Positions 32,578 to 42,302 are shown, counted from the first letter of the stretch. The stretch is 64,000 bases of DNA from Prolixibacteraceae bacterium (GCA_028282705.1 JANQHI010000008.1:87644-151643), one strand, 5' to 3'. Notes: generated by a model not told the origin, from the letters alone. Translations and numbers: made by a program.

Positions 32578-33405
32578 ATGCTTAGCTACATTAATTGGAA
32601 TGCTGACCCAGAGATCGTAAAAATCAATCTTGAATTTATAAAATTGGGTGCTTTATCTATCAGGTGGTATGGGTTGTTTTTTGCCTCAGGGCTGATGGTA
32701 GGCTATTACATTGGCGAAAAGATGCTAAAATCAGAAAATGTAAACCAAAAGTGGATTGAAAGCCTGGCTACCTACATCCTTATAGCTACAATTGTAGGGG
32801 CAAGGCTTGGTCATGTCTTTTTTTATGGATGGGATTATTATTCACAAAATCCAGGAGAAATCATTAAAGTATGGCATGGTGGCCTGGCAAGCCATGGTGG
32901 GGCAATTGGGATATTAATAGCCCTGTTTATCCACTCTAAATTGATAACCAAACGCTCAATGCTTTGGACTGTTGACAGGATAGTGGTGCCAACAGCTTTG
33001 GTGGGGGCATTTATCCGCATAGGGAACCTGATGAACTCTGAAATATATGGTGTTGAAACCACCCTTCCATGGGGGTTTATTTTTGAAAGGAATGCTGAAA
33101 TGGTGGCTAAACACCCTACCCAAATTTATGAAGCTTTATGTTATATCCTGGCCTTCATTTTCCTAATGTATAAATACAGGAAAACTGGTGCTAAAGACAA
33201 ACAAGGTATGCTTACAGGGATATTCTTTACCTTGGTTTTTGTAGCCCGCTTTTTTATTGAATTTATTAAAGAAGACCAGGAGGCATTTGAAGCAGGCATG
33301 GCACTTAATATGGGGCAGTGGCTTAGTGTTCCATTTATCCTTGCTGGGCTTTACTTATGGGTAAGGGGGGCAAGGTCTGCACCTGTTACCTATAAAAATG
33401 GCTAA
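32578..33405 (+). CDS. lgt: Prolipoprotein diacylglyceryl transferase
   Basis: Polytopic membrane protein with IRWYGLFF, GARLGHVFFY, GGLASHGG and HPTQIYEA, all Lgt signature blocks. Confidence 0.95.
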   Translation: MLSYINWNADPEIVKINLEFIKLGALSIRWYGLFFASGLMVGYYIGEKMLKSENVNQKWIESLATYILIATIVGARLGHVFFYGWDYYSQNPGEIIKVWHGGLASHGGAIGILIALFIHSKLITKRSMLWTVDRIVVPTALVGAFIRIGNLMNSEIYGVETTLPWGFIFERNAEMVAKHPTQIYEALCYILAFIFLMYKYRKTGAKDKQGMLTGIFFTLVFVARFFIEFIKEDQEAFEAGMALNMGQWLSVPFILAGLYLWVRGARSAPVTYKNG

Positions 33406-33424
33406 CCTAGTGGCACTGTAGGCT

Positions 33425-34501
33425 TTATTCTTGGAAACCCTCAAAAAACTTATCCAGGTTATTTTCCTTTTCTGAAAGGATTGAAATATCATAAACCCTT
33501 TTTTGCAAGACTGAATTATACAATGACACAGTTTTTATGTCTTCAGAATTTTTTAATGCAATTGCCTGGAGGAGGCTTTTTTCAATGGCTTGTTTAGCAG
33601 CATCTATGTTCCCCTGTAATTCTTTGGCCAGGGCAATGTTGTAGTTTGCCCAAATGGATAGTTTCCCAAACCTTTGGCCATTGTATTTATCCCAGAGGGC
33701 AATGGCTTTATCCAATTTTTCTTGTTCAAAATGCCTGGCTGCATCCTTAAAATCTTCAACAGGAGGGATAACATACATCCTGTACACATTTTGCCAGCCT
33801 GGTGACAACCTCCTGGCATAATTTTCCCCTGCCACTTGTGCTGCTGTTTGCAATGCTTCTGCAATTGGGGGTTTCCTTATTCTACCCCTTTTCTTATCAG
33901 TGGTAGAACCATCCCAGAAAACAGTATCAACCATGGTTTTAATATCCAAAAGGAGTTCCTTATCTGGGGAATAAACTGCCCAGGTAGCAGCTGTCAGTAC
34001 TTGGTTATAAGCAATGCTCTTTTCAACCCCATATGGGTATTCAGAATAGAAATAAGAGAATGTTTCTAACGAAACCACCAGGTCTGTATTATAATGTGCA
34101 TCCAGTTTTTTAATAAAATCCTTGCTTAAAGTGCTTATAAATTCCCCTTTGCTTTGCTCAATGAAATTGTAAGGTAGGAGCTTGATATCCTCAAATGACC
34201 CATTTATTTTTAGTGACTTACTAAGGGAATTCAACACCTTGGTAACCATCATACTATCAATGCTTTGGGAGATGTTTTCGGGTAACCTGAGAAGCTTTTT
34301 ATTCCTTTTATAATAGTTTTGGAAAGTATCTTGATCAAATTTAAAATTATGGCTTAAAATAACAATGTCTTTTGCATCATCAGGAAATTGCAGCTCACTG
34401 GGCTGGTATACTTCAATGGGGAATTCCCTGTAAATAGTGCATGAACTGATAAACAAGGTTATTATCAATATCATGAACAGTTTGGGTTTGGCTTTTTCCA
34501 T
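33425..34501 (-). CDS. Lipoprotein with a C-terminal TPR-like module; paralogue of 34503..35549
   Basis: The signal peptide carries the lipobox ISSC. The C-terminus (KAIALWDKYNGQ...ANYNIALAKELQGNIDAAKQAIEKS) is TPR-like and matches the neighbouring gene. Confidence 0.65.
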   Translation of the reverse strand: MEKAKPKLFMILIITLFISSCTIYREFPIEVYQPSELQFPDDAKDIVILSHNFKFDQDTFQNYYKRNKKLLRLPENISQSIDSMMVTKVLNSLSKSLKINGSFEDIKLLPYNFIEQSKGEFISTLSKDFIKKLDAHYNTDLVVSLETFSYFYSEYPYGVEKSIAYNQVLTAATWAVYSPDKELLLDIKTMVDTVFWDGSTTDKKRGRIRKPPIAEALQTAAQVAGENYARRLSPGWQNVYRMYVIPPVEDFKDAARHFEQEKLDKAIALWDKYNGQRFGKLSIWANYNIALAKELQGNIDAAKQAIEKSLLQAIALKNSEDIKTVSLYNSVLQKRVYDISILSEKENNLDKFFEGFQE

Positions 34502-34502
34502 T

Positions 34503-35549
34503 TTATTTATTCAGCCTTTTTAGTTGTTCCCTCCTTTGCTTCAGCTTCAGCAGGTAATTGTAAGTCACAGCCTTATATTGTGTTTTATATGACTTGGTCC
34601 CCCATTCATAGGCTTTATCAAAATTCCCCAGTATTTCATGGGTTACAGCTGCATTAAACTGGGCTTTGCTTATTAAACTTTTGGAGCCTTCATTTTCAGA
34701 AACTTCCTTCCACAAAGTTAAAGCCTTCTCCCAATCATTTGATTGCACTGCATGGTGTGCCTGGACAAATTTTTCATTGGTTGATAAATAATACATCCTG
34801 GTATCAGTTTTCCAACTGGGTGCGAGCTTCCCTGAATAGTCAAGGGCAATTGAAATACCAGTTTCAACCAGTGCATCTTTTACTGAAGTCATTTTCCCAA
34901 ACAATTCCCTGTTGCTCATGCCAAATTCTTCCCAAACCAATGTGTCTGAAAGGAATGCCCTGTTCACCACCTCTTTTTTTAATGGGTCATACACCCTGAA
35001 CAGTGAGCTATACCTAACGGCCATCCTTGCAAAATACCCTTTAAAATACCTGTCATTCAACCTGTCATACAGGGTTTCACGGCTATATTGGGTTGTTGCC
35101 CTCATCCCCAGGTGGTCAAGGGAGAGTACCACATCAGTATTAAAATCTGAGCACAGTTGGCTCACCTCTTCCCAACTCATTTCTGTAGAGAAATATTTAT
35201 TCTTTTCATGTGGCAGGAACCTGTTTTCAGGGATCACTATATCATACCTTCCTGATTCATATAATAATTCACCCAGGGCGCGCATGGTAGTATCAGCAGC
35301 CAGGCTGTCATATAAAAGGGTATCAACATTGAATGTTTGCCTGTAAAATGATACTTGAAGGGAGTCTTCAATGTAATTTTGGTATAATGTATCAACTGCC
35401 CTGTTAACCAGCAGGATGCTTTGGATATCTTTTGGTAATTCCTCTTTTGATGGCTGTGCCAGCTGTACCCTGACATAGTTTACAGAAGTGCAGGAGCTTA
35501 TGATGATGAGTAGGCTGAAAACCAATACAACAAATGTTGCTCTTCCCAT
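34503..35549 (-). CDS. Lipoprotein with a C-terminal TPR-like module; paralogue of 33425..34501
   Basis: The start is set at Met21 (MGRATFVVLVFSLLIIISSC), which removes the overlap with the upstream gene. The C-terminus is KALTLWKEVSEN...AQFNAAVTHEILGNFDKAYEWGTKS. Confidence 0.65.
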   Translation of the reverse strand: MGRATFVVLVFSLLIIISSCTSVNYVRVQLAQPSKEELPKDIQSILLVNRAVDTLYQNYIEDSLQVSFYRQTFNVDTLLYDSLAADTTMRALGELLYESGRYDIVIPENRFLPHEKNKYFSTEMSWEEVSQLCSDFNTDVVLSLDHLGMRATTQYSRETLYDRLNDRYFKGYFARMAVRYSSLFRVYDPLKKEVVNRAFLSDTLVWEEFGMSNRELFGKMTSVKDALVETGISIALDYSGKLAPSWKTDTRMYYLSTNEKFVQAHHAVQSNDWEKALTLWKEVSENEGSKSLISKAQFNAAVTHEILGNFDKAYEWGTKSYKTQYKAVTYNYLLKLKQRREQLKRLNK

Positions 35550-35575
35550 GGTGTAAATGTATTTAAGTTTATGCT

Positions 35576-37666
35576 TTAATAAATACCCCAGAATTTCCTC
35601 AAAAACCATTCCAATGAAAACAAAACCAACAGTAAAACAAAAAGAAGCTTTACATTCAGTACATTGGCTAATGTTGTTTGCACATAGGTGGTTGGCCTTA
35701 TTTCAGGGTTGTTTTTAATATCAGTAAAAACCTCGTCTGCATTTTTAAGTCCATAAAATTCTCCTCCCGTATTAGAGGATAATTGGAAAAGGAGGTTATG
35801 GTTTGCTTGAATATTTGTAGATTCAATATTTACGGGCATAATAGCAAATTTTCCTTCCTCAATATGTTCTTCTCCGCTAATTGTTACAGCAGCCTGGAAA
35901 GTATAATCACCTGCCGGCAAAATGCCTGCATCAAGCCTGTAACGTTTGTTATACCTGTCAAATGTATATTGATAATCGTTACCAATGCTATCTGTTATAG
36001 TTATTGTAACATCTTCTTCAGTTAATGGTTCATAAGCATCATTATAAACCTCAGCACCAATTAGAACAGGGTCTGTTTCATTGTATGCAGGAGTATATGT
36101 TACCATAAAGTTGTCTTCATTATCGCACAGTGCAAGGTATTGTGCCAATGATGATACAAACCCATTAAATACATCATGGTTTTCATTCAGGTAGTAATCA
36201 TATAGCCTCCACCTCCATATGCCTTCACCAAACAAAATACCTGTTTTCCAGCCATTGTTATTTCCTGTTACCAACAGTGGTTTGGTGGTAGGTATGCCAT
36301 TGATCTGCTGATACAACAAAGTATTAAATGCAGGGGCAACATTATAATCAGCAAAAGGAGCCTGCAAAGGGGGGAGCTTGGCAATGTTTTCAATAAATTC
36401 TTCACTTAAATTAAAAGATTGGAAATTTGGGTTGGCTTCTGCTTTTACATCTTCACCTGTACCTGCCAGGGGAAATATTTCTGCTCCAATAGCAAGGCTA
36501 TTAAACTGGGGTAAATGGCTTTTCCCACCTATCATGAACAATACAGGGGTTTTATGCTCCTTACAATTTTCTATAAGGGTGTTTCCTGCAAATCCTGAGG
36601 TAGGCACCTGGTTTAATACCACAAGGTTAAAATCTTCCACATTCTCTGGGTAAGGGGGCTCTGTAAATATGGATACTTCATAATTCTGGAGGATATCCAA
36701 TGAATTTTTTATGGCTCCTCCATCAGGGTGGGCCCCCTCTGAAATGATGAGTACCTTCTGTTTGTTTTCCAGGATATTGACAACAAATTCAGCATGGTTG
36801 TTTTCCTTATTTGGCTCAATAGCACCACATTCCAATGTAACAGTATAATGTTGTAACCCAACTTTATCAGCATCCAGCAGGATATTTAAAGATATAAATT
36901 GGTTATTAGTGCGTGGGGTTATTTGTTGCTTATGGAGGGCTTTGCCCTGGTTAGAAACTACAACCTGGCAGCGCTGGTTTTTTAACTTGGCGAACCCCAG
37001 CCCAATTTCAACAGGGAACTGGTTGTTAAGGAATGCTGTTTGGTTCGAATACACAGAAATAACCTTGGTATCAATGAAAACAGAAGTGTCCCCAGTACCA
37101 ACAGAATAGATAGGGAAGTTAAGCTTCTGGACAGCATTTAATGGGTTGCTCCCATGGTTAAATATCCCATCCCCAATGAGTAACATTGCCCCAATGTTTT
37201 CATTAAAATGGGTATTGTAAACAGTATTGATAAGGTTGGTATAATCTGATCTTTTTTCATCAAATTGCAACTGACCTGCCCGTTTTACCTCTTCCCCAAA
37301 TGAATATTGTATGAGTGAATAATCATTCCTTAATTCTGAATTCAATTGGCTATTTAATTGGTTAAGAAGGTTTTCATCTGATTGCCCATTGGTTGATGCC
37401 CTTACTGATGTGGAATTATCAAATGCAGCTATGATAATTGGTTTTACCTTCTGTTTTTTGTTGGTTTTAACAAGGGGTGAAAGGATCAATACAGATAACA
37501 GGAAAAAAGAGGTAAACCTTAAGGCAGCTAAAAAACGTAATTGTCCTGTGCTTAAATCCATTGCTTCCCTGTTGCGAAAATACACTGCCACTGTAACAGC
37601 AATGGCTATGGCAGTGCAAACTGCCACCAATAAAATTGCATACTTTATTTCAAAAATAATCTCCAA
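35576..37666 (-). CDS. Membrane protein with a BatA-type N-terminal double-TM segment, a VWA-like domain and a C-terminal TM anchor
   Basis: 696 aa. Two N-terminal TM helices are followed by IIAAFDNSTSV (a DxSxS MIDAS-like motif) and LLIGDGIFNHGSNP. The terminal helix ends in LEWFLRKFWGIY. Confidence 0.65.
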   Translation of the reverse strand: MEIIFEIKYAILLVAVCTAIAIAVTVAVYFRNREAMDLSTGQLRFLAALRFTSFFLLSVLILSPLVKTNKKQKVKPIIIAAFDNSTSVRASTNGQSDENLLNQLNSQLNSELRNDYSLIQYSFGEEVKRAGQLQFDEKRSDYTNLINTVYNTHFNENIGAMLLIGDGIFNHGSNPLNAVQKLNFPIYSVGTGDTSVFIDTKVISVYSNQTAFLNNQFPVEIGLGFAKLKNQRCQVVVSNQGKALHKQQITPRTNNQFISLNILLDADKVGLQHYTVTLECGAIEPNKENNHAEFVVNILENKQKVLIISEGAHPDGGAIKNSLDILQNYEVSIFTEPPYPENVEDFNLVVLNQVPTSGFAGNTLIENCKEHKTPVLFMIGGKSHLPQFNSLAIGAEIFPLAGTGEDVKAEANPNFQSFNLSEEFIENIAKLPPLQAPFADYNVAPAFNTLLYQQINGIPTTKPLLVTGNNNGWKTGILFGEGIWRWRLYDYYLNENHDVFNGFVSSLAQYLALCDNEDNFMVTYTPAYNETDPVLIGAEVYNDAYEPLTEEDVTITITDSIGNDYQYTFDRYNKRYRLDAGILPAGDYTFQAAVTISGEEHIEEGKFAIMPVNIESTNIQANHNLLFQLSSNTGGEFYGLKNADEVFTDIKNNPEIRPTTYVQTTLANVLNVKLLFVLLLVLFSLEWFLRKFWGIY

Positions 37667-37798
37667 AACTTAAGGTTTAATAAAAACATCCATGGTAAAT
37701 ATAATCATCTTATGCTTTACAAAATGAGGTTTATTGATTAATATTACTACTGGTAATATTAGAACCAACCTTTACTTGCATTGTTGCACTGTAACAAA

Positions 37799-37806
37799 TA
37801 AATTTG
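37799..37806 (+). promoter_or_regulatory. TAAATTTG -7 promoter element upstream of the M28 peptidase
   Basis: Exact match to TAnnTTTG, 28 nt before the ATG at 37835. It lies within the palindrome AACAAAT-AA-ATTTGTT. Confidence 0.45.
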
Positions 37807-37834
37807 TTGGTTGAATAAAGAATAATTAAATAAA

Positions 37835-39607
37835 ATGATAACCAGAATTTTAGCCTTTTTCTTGTTGTTTGCATTTGTAATTAGCTGCAACAAAAAAACC
37901 AATCCAGAAATTTCTTCAGAAGATATAAAAGAAAACATAATGTACCTTGCATCAGATTCTTTAAAAGGTAGGAAACCCGGGAAAGAAGGGGATATGTTGG
38001 CTTCAGGGTTTATCCGCGAAAAATTAAGGGATGCTGGCCTGCAATTGATTGCTGAAAAAGGCTTCCAGCCTTTTAAAGTTATTACTGAAGTAGGGCTGGG
38101 GGAAAAAAATACTTTCAATGTTGGTGGAAAGGAATTTCTGGTGCAGGATGGTTTTTTGCCTTATTCATTCTCAGCCAATGCAGGGGTAACAGGAAATGCG
38201 GTGTTTGCAGGATATGGTTTTAAGTTTGAAAAAGGTGGGGTTAAATACAATGATTATGAAGGTATTGATGTAGAAGGGAAATGGGTATTGTTATTGAAAG
38301 GTGACCCCGAGATGGATAACCAGGAAAGTATTTTTATTGAATTTTCTGATGAAAGGTCAAAAGTATTAACTGCCCTTGACCAAAAAGCTGCTGGTGTTTT
38401 ATTGGTTGGGGGTGCCCAGTATAATAGCAAAGATGAATTATCCCCTTTATTTTATGATAAAAACAGCAGTACATACCCCATCCCTGTTATCCAGGTAACC
38501 AGGGAAGTAGCCAACAGCATCCTTCAGCCTGCCCGGAAAAACATAGAGGGTTTAGAAGAACTGCTGGCAGGGGAAGTTAGTGGTAAAGGCTTCCAGTTGG
38601 ATATTGAGGTTACAGCAAATGTTGATGTAGTACACAAGGTGGTTGAATCACAGAATGTTGTTGGGGTTGTCCCTGGCAATGACCCTGCATTGATGAATGA
38701 ATATGTGGTTATTGGTGCCCACCACGACCACCTCGGCATGGGAGGCCAGGGGTCTGGCTCAAGGGCTGTTGATACAATTGCTGTGCACAATGGTGCTGAT
38801 GATAATGCATCAGGGGTGGCTGCTGTAATTGAACTGGCTGAAAAGGTTGCCGGTGAAAGGCTGAATAAAAGGAGTATTGTTTTTACCACATTTGGGGCTG
38901 AAGAAATGGGGCTGGTAGGATCCAAAGCATTTACAAATAACCCTCCTGTTGACCTTGAAAAGGTTGTGGCTATGGTCAATTTTGACATGGTAGGTAGGCT
39001 TGACACCATTGAAAACTCATTGAGCATAGGTGGGGTGAATACTTCATTGGAAACACGTGAAATAATTGAACGCCTAAACCCTGGTTTTAACCTGGCATTA
39101 TCTGATGATGGCTATGGACCATCTGACCATTCTTCATTTTATGCCCAGGGGATACCTGTGTTTTTTGTTTCAACTGGTGCACATGCTGATTACCATACTC
39201 CTGAAGATGATGTTGGATACATCAATTTTGAAGGGCAGGAAAAAGTGGTAAAGTATTTTTATGATGTAGTGATGGAAGTAGCCAACAGGCAGGAAGCACT
39301 GACTTATAATGAATCGGGCTCCATGCAACGCTCAGGAAGGGGTGGGCGTTTTAAAGTAACCTTGGGTGTTATGCCCGATTTTGCTGGCATAGAAAAAAGG
39401 GGGCTTAGGATTGATGCTGTAACCAAAGGAAAACCTGCACATAAAGGGGGCATGGTAAAAGGGGATATTATCACAGCCCTTGATGGGATGAAAGTAGGGA
39501 ACATTTATGATTATATGAACAGGCTAAAGGCATTGGAACCTGGGCAAAACATTACAGTTGATGTCATTAGAGATGACAAAGTAGAGGTGTTGATAGTGCA
39601 GTTGTAA
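37835..39607 (+). CDS. M28 family aminopeptidase with a PA domain and a C-terminal PDZ domain, lipoprotein
   Basis: The lipobox is FVISC. M28 metal ligands are GAHHDHLG, NGADDNASG, FGAEEMGLVGS and DYH. The PDZ region is KGGMVKGDIITALDGMKV...ITVDVIRDDK. Confidence 0.88.
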   Translation: MITRILAFFLLFAFVISCNKKTNPEISSEDIKENIMYLASDSLKGRKPGKEGDMLASGFIREKLRDAGLQLIAEKGFQPFKVITEVGLGEKNTFNVGGKEFLVQDGFLPYSFSANAGVTGNAVFAGYGFKFEKGGVKYNDYEGIDVEGKWVLLLKGDPEMDNQESIFIEFSDERSKVLTALDQKAAGVLLVGGAQYNSKDELSPLFYDKNSSTYPIPVIQVTREVANSILQPARKNIEGLEELLAGEVSGKGFQLDIEVTANVDVVHKVVESQNVVGVVPGNDPALMNEYVVIGAHHDHLGMGGQGSGSRAVDTIAVHNGADDNASGVAAVIELAEKVAGERLNKRSIVFTTFGAEEMGLVGSKAFTNNPPVDLEKVVAMVNFDMVGRLDTIENSLSIGGVNTSLETREIIERLNPGFNLALSDDGYGPSDHSSFYAQGIPVFFVSTGAHADYHTPEDDVGYINFEGQEKVVKYFYDVVMEVANRQEALTYNESGSMQRSGRGGRFKVTLGVMPDFAGIEKRGLRIDAVTKGKPAHKGGMVKGDIITALDGMKVGNIYDYMNRLKALEPGQNITVDVIRDDKVEVLIVQL

Positions 39608-39714
39608 AATTTCAATAGGGGTTTGTTCCTGTAATTTTATCAGTTAACCCAACCTTCAAGTTTAATATGCCCAATTGTTTTTTCCCCTCCTTTGGGGGCA
39701 GGGGGAGGCTTTAT

Positions 39715-40716
39715 CTAACCTACTATTTCCCTGACAAGGTTTGTAAGGTGTACCCTGTTTTTTACACCTGTTTTGGTGTAGATCCTGTGGGTATGGTCTT
39801 TTACAGTTTGCAGGGTGATAAATAAGGCTTCTGCAATGTCTTTATTTGATTTTCCCAGGCAAATTTCATGGATAATTTCAGCCTCCCTTTTTGATATGTC
39901 AAACTTTTGGCAAAAAGCTGCAAAATCAACTTTTGTATTTTTATAAATACCTGATGATGAAACTATTTGCCAAATGGTAAGTGGAAGGGCAGTGTAGGTT
40001 ATACAGATGAATAAGATAGAAGCTATTGCTATTGAAAAATGGGTTGTTGAGATAAACCATAAGCCTACTGAATAGAGTACAACCCCTGCCAGGTATCCTG
40101 AAAACAGGAGCGTTATTACCCTGCTTTTTGATTTCAGGTCATTGGCTTTGAACTTCTTTAACAATGGGGCAAGCACAAACAAATTGGTTATTAGATTCAG
40201 GATGATGATCAATTTTTTTATGGCTTCTTCACTTAAGATAGGCAAATCACCATGCCCTGCCCTTGAATGGATAACAAATGCCCCTACTGAAAGGAACCCT
40301 ATAACAAATGCAAAGAAATTCAGGGAGGAATACCATTTTAGCTGGTACCCTTTAACTTGGTATAAAAATTTAATAAGCATATACCAGCTTACTACTAAAA
40401 ATGGCAATCCCAGGATGGGGATATAAAAGGATATTTTTTGGTAGGTTATAGGTTCCAGCCCAAGTTGGTTTAGCCCCTGGTGGATGGCAATGTCGCCCCA
40501 TACCCCATAAAGGAAATAAGAATAAAAAAATATTTGTTGGAATAAAAGTGTCTGGAAATATGTTTTACCAAGGCGCTTAAACAGGTTAAATGCAATCATG
40601 ATACTGAATGCTGCAAGCCCAGCAGTAATAACAAGTAAGGCCATGTAAATGTATGTTTCCAGTTCCATGTGTTGTTGCAACTTTAGTATTGATGGGTGCA
40701 ATTTAATAAACCCCAA
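39715..40716 (-). CDS. Polytopic membrane protein with a C-terminal LuxR/GerE HTH (one-component regulator)
   Basis: About 6-7 hydrophobic helices are followed by ISKREAEIIHEICLGKSNKDIAEALFITLQTVKDHTHRIYTKTGVKNR. The start may be Met17 at 40668. Confidence 0.75.
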   Translation of the reverse strand: MGFIKLHPSILKLQQHMELETYIYMALLVITAGLAAFSIMIAFNLFKRLGKTYFQTLLFQQIFFYSYFLYGVWGDIAIHQGLNQLGLEPITYQKISFYIPILGLPFLVVSWYMLIKFLYQVKGYQLKWYSSLNFFAFVIGFLSVGAFVIHSRAGHGDLPILSEEAIKKLIIILNLITNLFVLAPLLKKFKANDLKSKSRVITLLFSGYLAGVVLYSVGLWFISTTHFSIAIASILFICITYTALPLTIWQIVSSSGIYKNTKVDFAAFCQKFDISKREAEIIHEICLGKSNKDIAEALFITLQTVKDHTHRIYTKTGVKNRVHLTNLVREIVG

Positions 40717-40728
40717 AAGGCTTGGCTA

Positions 40729-40768
40729 CCTACCAAAGTAGTGAATATCTTAATTCCTACCAAAGTAG
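40729..40768. promoter_or_regulatory. Perfect 13-nt direct repeat CCTACCAAAGTAG, two copies; candidate operator
   Basis: The copies lie at 40729-40741 and 40756-40768, 27 nt start to start. Each contains the small inverted repeat CTAC-CAAA-GTAG. They sit in the divergent region between the LuxR gene and the 40834 gene. Confidence 0.45.
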
Positions 40769-40792
40769 GAAGGAAATTTTATCTGTTGCATA

Positions 40793-40800
40793 TACATTTG
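40793..40800 (+). promoter_or_regulatory. TACATTTG -7 promoter element
   Basis: Exact match to TAnnTTTG, 33 nt before the ATG at 40834 and 25 nt downstream of the second 13-nt repeat. Confidence 0.45.
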
Positions 40801-40833
40801 GGTATCGAAATAATACATGCAAAAAATAAAGCC

Positions 40834-41544
40834 ATGGAAACACAATCAATAAATTCAGTTACCCCATCAGCAGGTGGGAGTTTTAGTTTTGGGTGGAGGA
40901 AAATGTTTGAAAAAAACTTCCTCACCCTTTTTATTGCAGTGATCATTACAGGTATATTGTCTGGTCCCATTGAAGCTTCTTTTAAATGGGATGATGGGGA
41001 TTTTAATTTTGTATTAGGGGCTTGGGCTGTATTGCTGATTATTTTAGCTATAGCTTGGGAATTCCTTGTAGCACCAATTATTAGTTATGGGGAAAGGTAC
41101 CTGTTCCTCAAAGCCATGAGGGATGAAGAGTTGGATATAAAAACCCTTTTTGAAGGGTTCAGGAACCAGTATGCTGACATTGTTTTAACCCACCTGGTCA
41201 TTTTTGCTTTAGTGGGGATTGGCTTGGTCATGCTTATTATCCCAGGCATCATTATTGCTTGCCGCTTGGCCTTTGCCCCTTATATTGTGATGGATCAAAA
41301 AATGGAGCCTATGGAAGCCATTGAAGAAAGCTGGAGGATGACACGTGGCCATGGCTGGACAGTATTTTTTATGGCTATCATTACTTTTTTCCTGATCATT
41401 GTAGGGTTAATGGCTTGCATTGTGGGGGTATTGGTTTCATTAATGTGGATGCATGCTGCTTTTGCTACATTGTACCAATCTGTACTGAACCAGAAGTTAA
41501 AAGATTCTACCATACCCATAATAGATACTTACACAGAAGAATAA
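40834..41544 (+). CDS. DUF975-like integral membrane protein
   Basis: The start is set at METQSINS (Met47 of the track ORF). The protein has 4-5 TM helices and the ERYLFLKAMRDEELDIKTLFEGF...APYIVMDQKMEPMEAIEESWRMTRGHGW pattern typical of DUF975-type proteins. Confidence 0.6.
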   Translation: METQSINSVTPSAGGSFSFGWRKMFEKNFLTLFIAVIITGILSGPIEASFKWDDGDFNFVLGAWAVLLIILAIAWEFLVAPIISYGERYLFLKAMRDEELDIKTLFEGFRNQYADIVLTHLVIFALVGIGLVMLIIPGIIIACRLAFAPYIVMDQKMEPMEAIEESWRMTRGHGWTVFFMAIITFFLIIVGLMACIVGVLVSLMWMHAAFATLYQSVLNQKLKDSTIPIIDTYTEE

Positions 41545-41551
41545 AAACAAG

Positions 41552-41577
41552 AAAAGGCCTGGATTCCAGGCCTTTTT
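41552..41577. terminator. Bidirectional terminator
   Basis: AAAAGGCCTGG-ATT-CCAGGCCTTTT is a perfect stem with A and T runs on both sides. It lies between convergent genes. Confidence 0.78.
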
Positions 41578-41616
41578 ACATTGTTTAATTGCTTTCTTAC
41601 AGAAATTAGGGGATGG

Positions 41617-42147
41617 CTAATGGGCTGATATCTTCAATGAATAATTTCCTTCCACCTCTTTTGCTTCAATTTTTAATGTCCATTCACCAATATAATTTTT
41701 GGCGTCTTCAACCCCTTCCAATGAAAATGCAGATGACCAACTAATATCAGCAGTTGGTGTGACATTTAGTCTTTGGAAAACATCACCATTGGGCTTCACA
41801 ATCGTAATTAGTATTTCTCCTTTTACACACCTTCCAGTTACACGCAATGATACCCTGTTTTGCCCTTTTTCAATTGAAAAATTTGTTGACGAGCTAACAC
41901 TCTCATCTTGGAATACTTTGGAAAGCATTAGTGAAGTATGCCTTTCATCAGCATGATGGGTACTAACATAAATCCCACCTGACGAAGTAGGGTAAGCTGT
42001 CCGTGCATATGCCCTTGCACTGCTACGTGCCCTGACACTGGTGCTTTTGTCTTCTTTTTTATTTTCTGAAGTTTCTGATACCTGGGCATTTGAACAAAGG
42101 ATCAACCCCAGAGAGAAAATAGCAATGAATAATAACTTTAACTTCAT
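41617..42147 (-). CDS. Secreted hypothetical protein
   Basis: 176 aa. A signal peptide (MKLKLLFIAIFSLGLILCSNA) is followed by a Ser/Arg/Ala-rich linker and a beta-rich C-terminal part. I recognise no family. Confidence 0.55.
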   Translation of the reverse strand: MKLKLLFIAIFSLGLILCSNAQVSETSENKKEDKSTSVRARSSARAYARTAYPTSSGGIYVSTHHADERHTSLMLSKVFQDESVSSSTNFSIEKGQNRVSLRVTGRCVKGEILITIVKPNGDVFQRLNVTPTADISWSSAFSLEGVEDAKNYIGEWTLKIEAKEVEGNYSLKISAH

Positions 42148-42302
42148 GGCATTTAAATTTTAATAATGGTTATTTATTGTAAAAGTATGCCATATGCAGT
42201 ATTCCTTTGGTTAATGCCAGGTTAATACTGGGTTAATGTGCTAATATTTAGCAAGAATGCACTAGTTTTAAACCAAATTAACCTACAAGTAAACAGGCTT
42301 AC

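Noticed and set aside
37042-37052. GGTTCGAATAC, which resembles a tRNA T-arm.
   Set aside because: It lies inside the 696-aa CDS with no acceptor or anticodon stem context. No tRNA could be folded anywhere in the window.
37759-38118. A 119-aa minus-strand ORF overlapping the start of the M28 peptidase.
   Set aside because: It overlaps the well-supported peptidase gene and its promoter, and has no motifs.
39684-39708. The C/G-run sequence CCCCTCCTTTGGGGGCAGGGGGAGG, considered as a terminator between the convergent M28 peptidase and LuxR genes.
   Set aside because: Only about 5 bp can pair. No U-tract follows on either strand.
40696-40833. The N-terminal 46-aa extension of the track ORF 40696-41544.
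   Set aside because: It would overlap the LuxR gene start and run through the direct repeats and the TAnnTTTG promoter box. The ATG at 40834 (METQS...) fits the promoter spacing.
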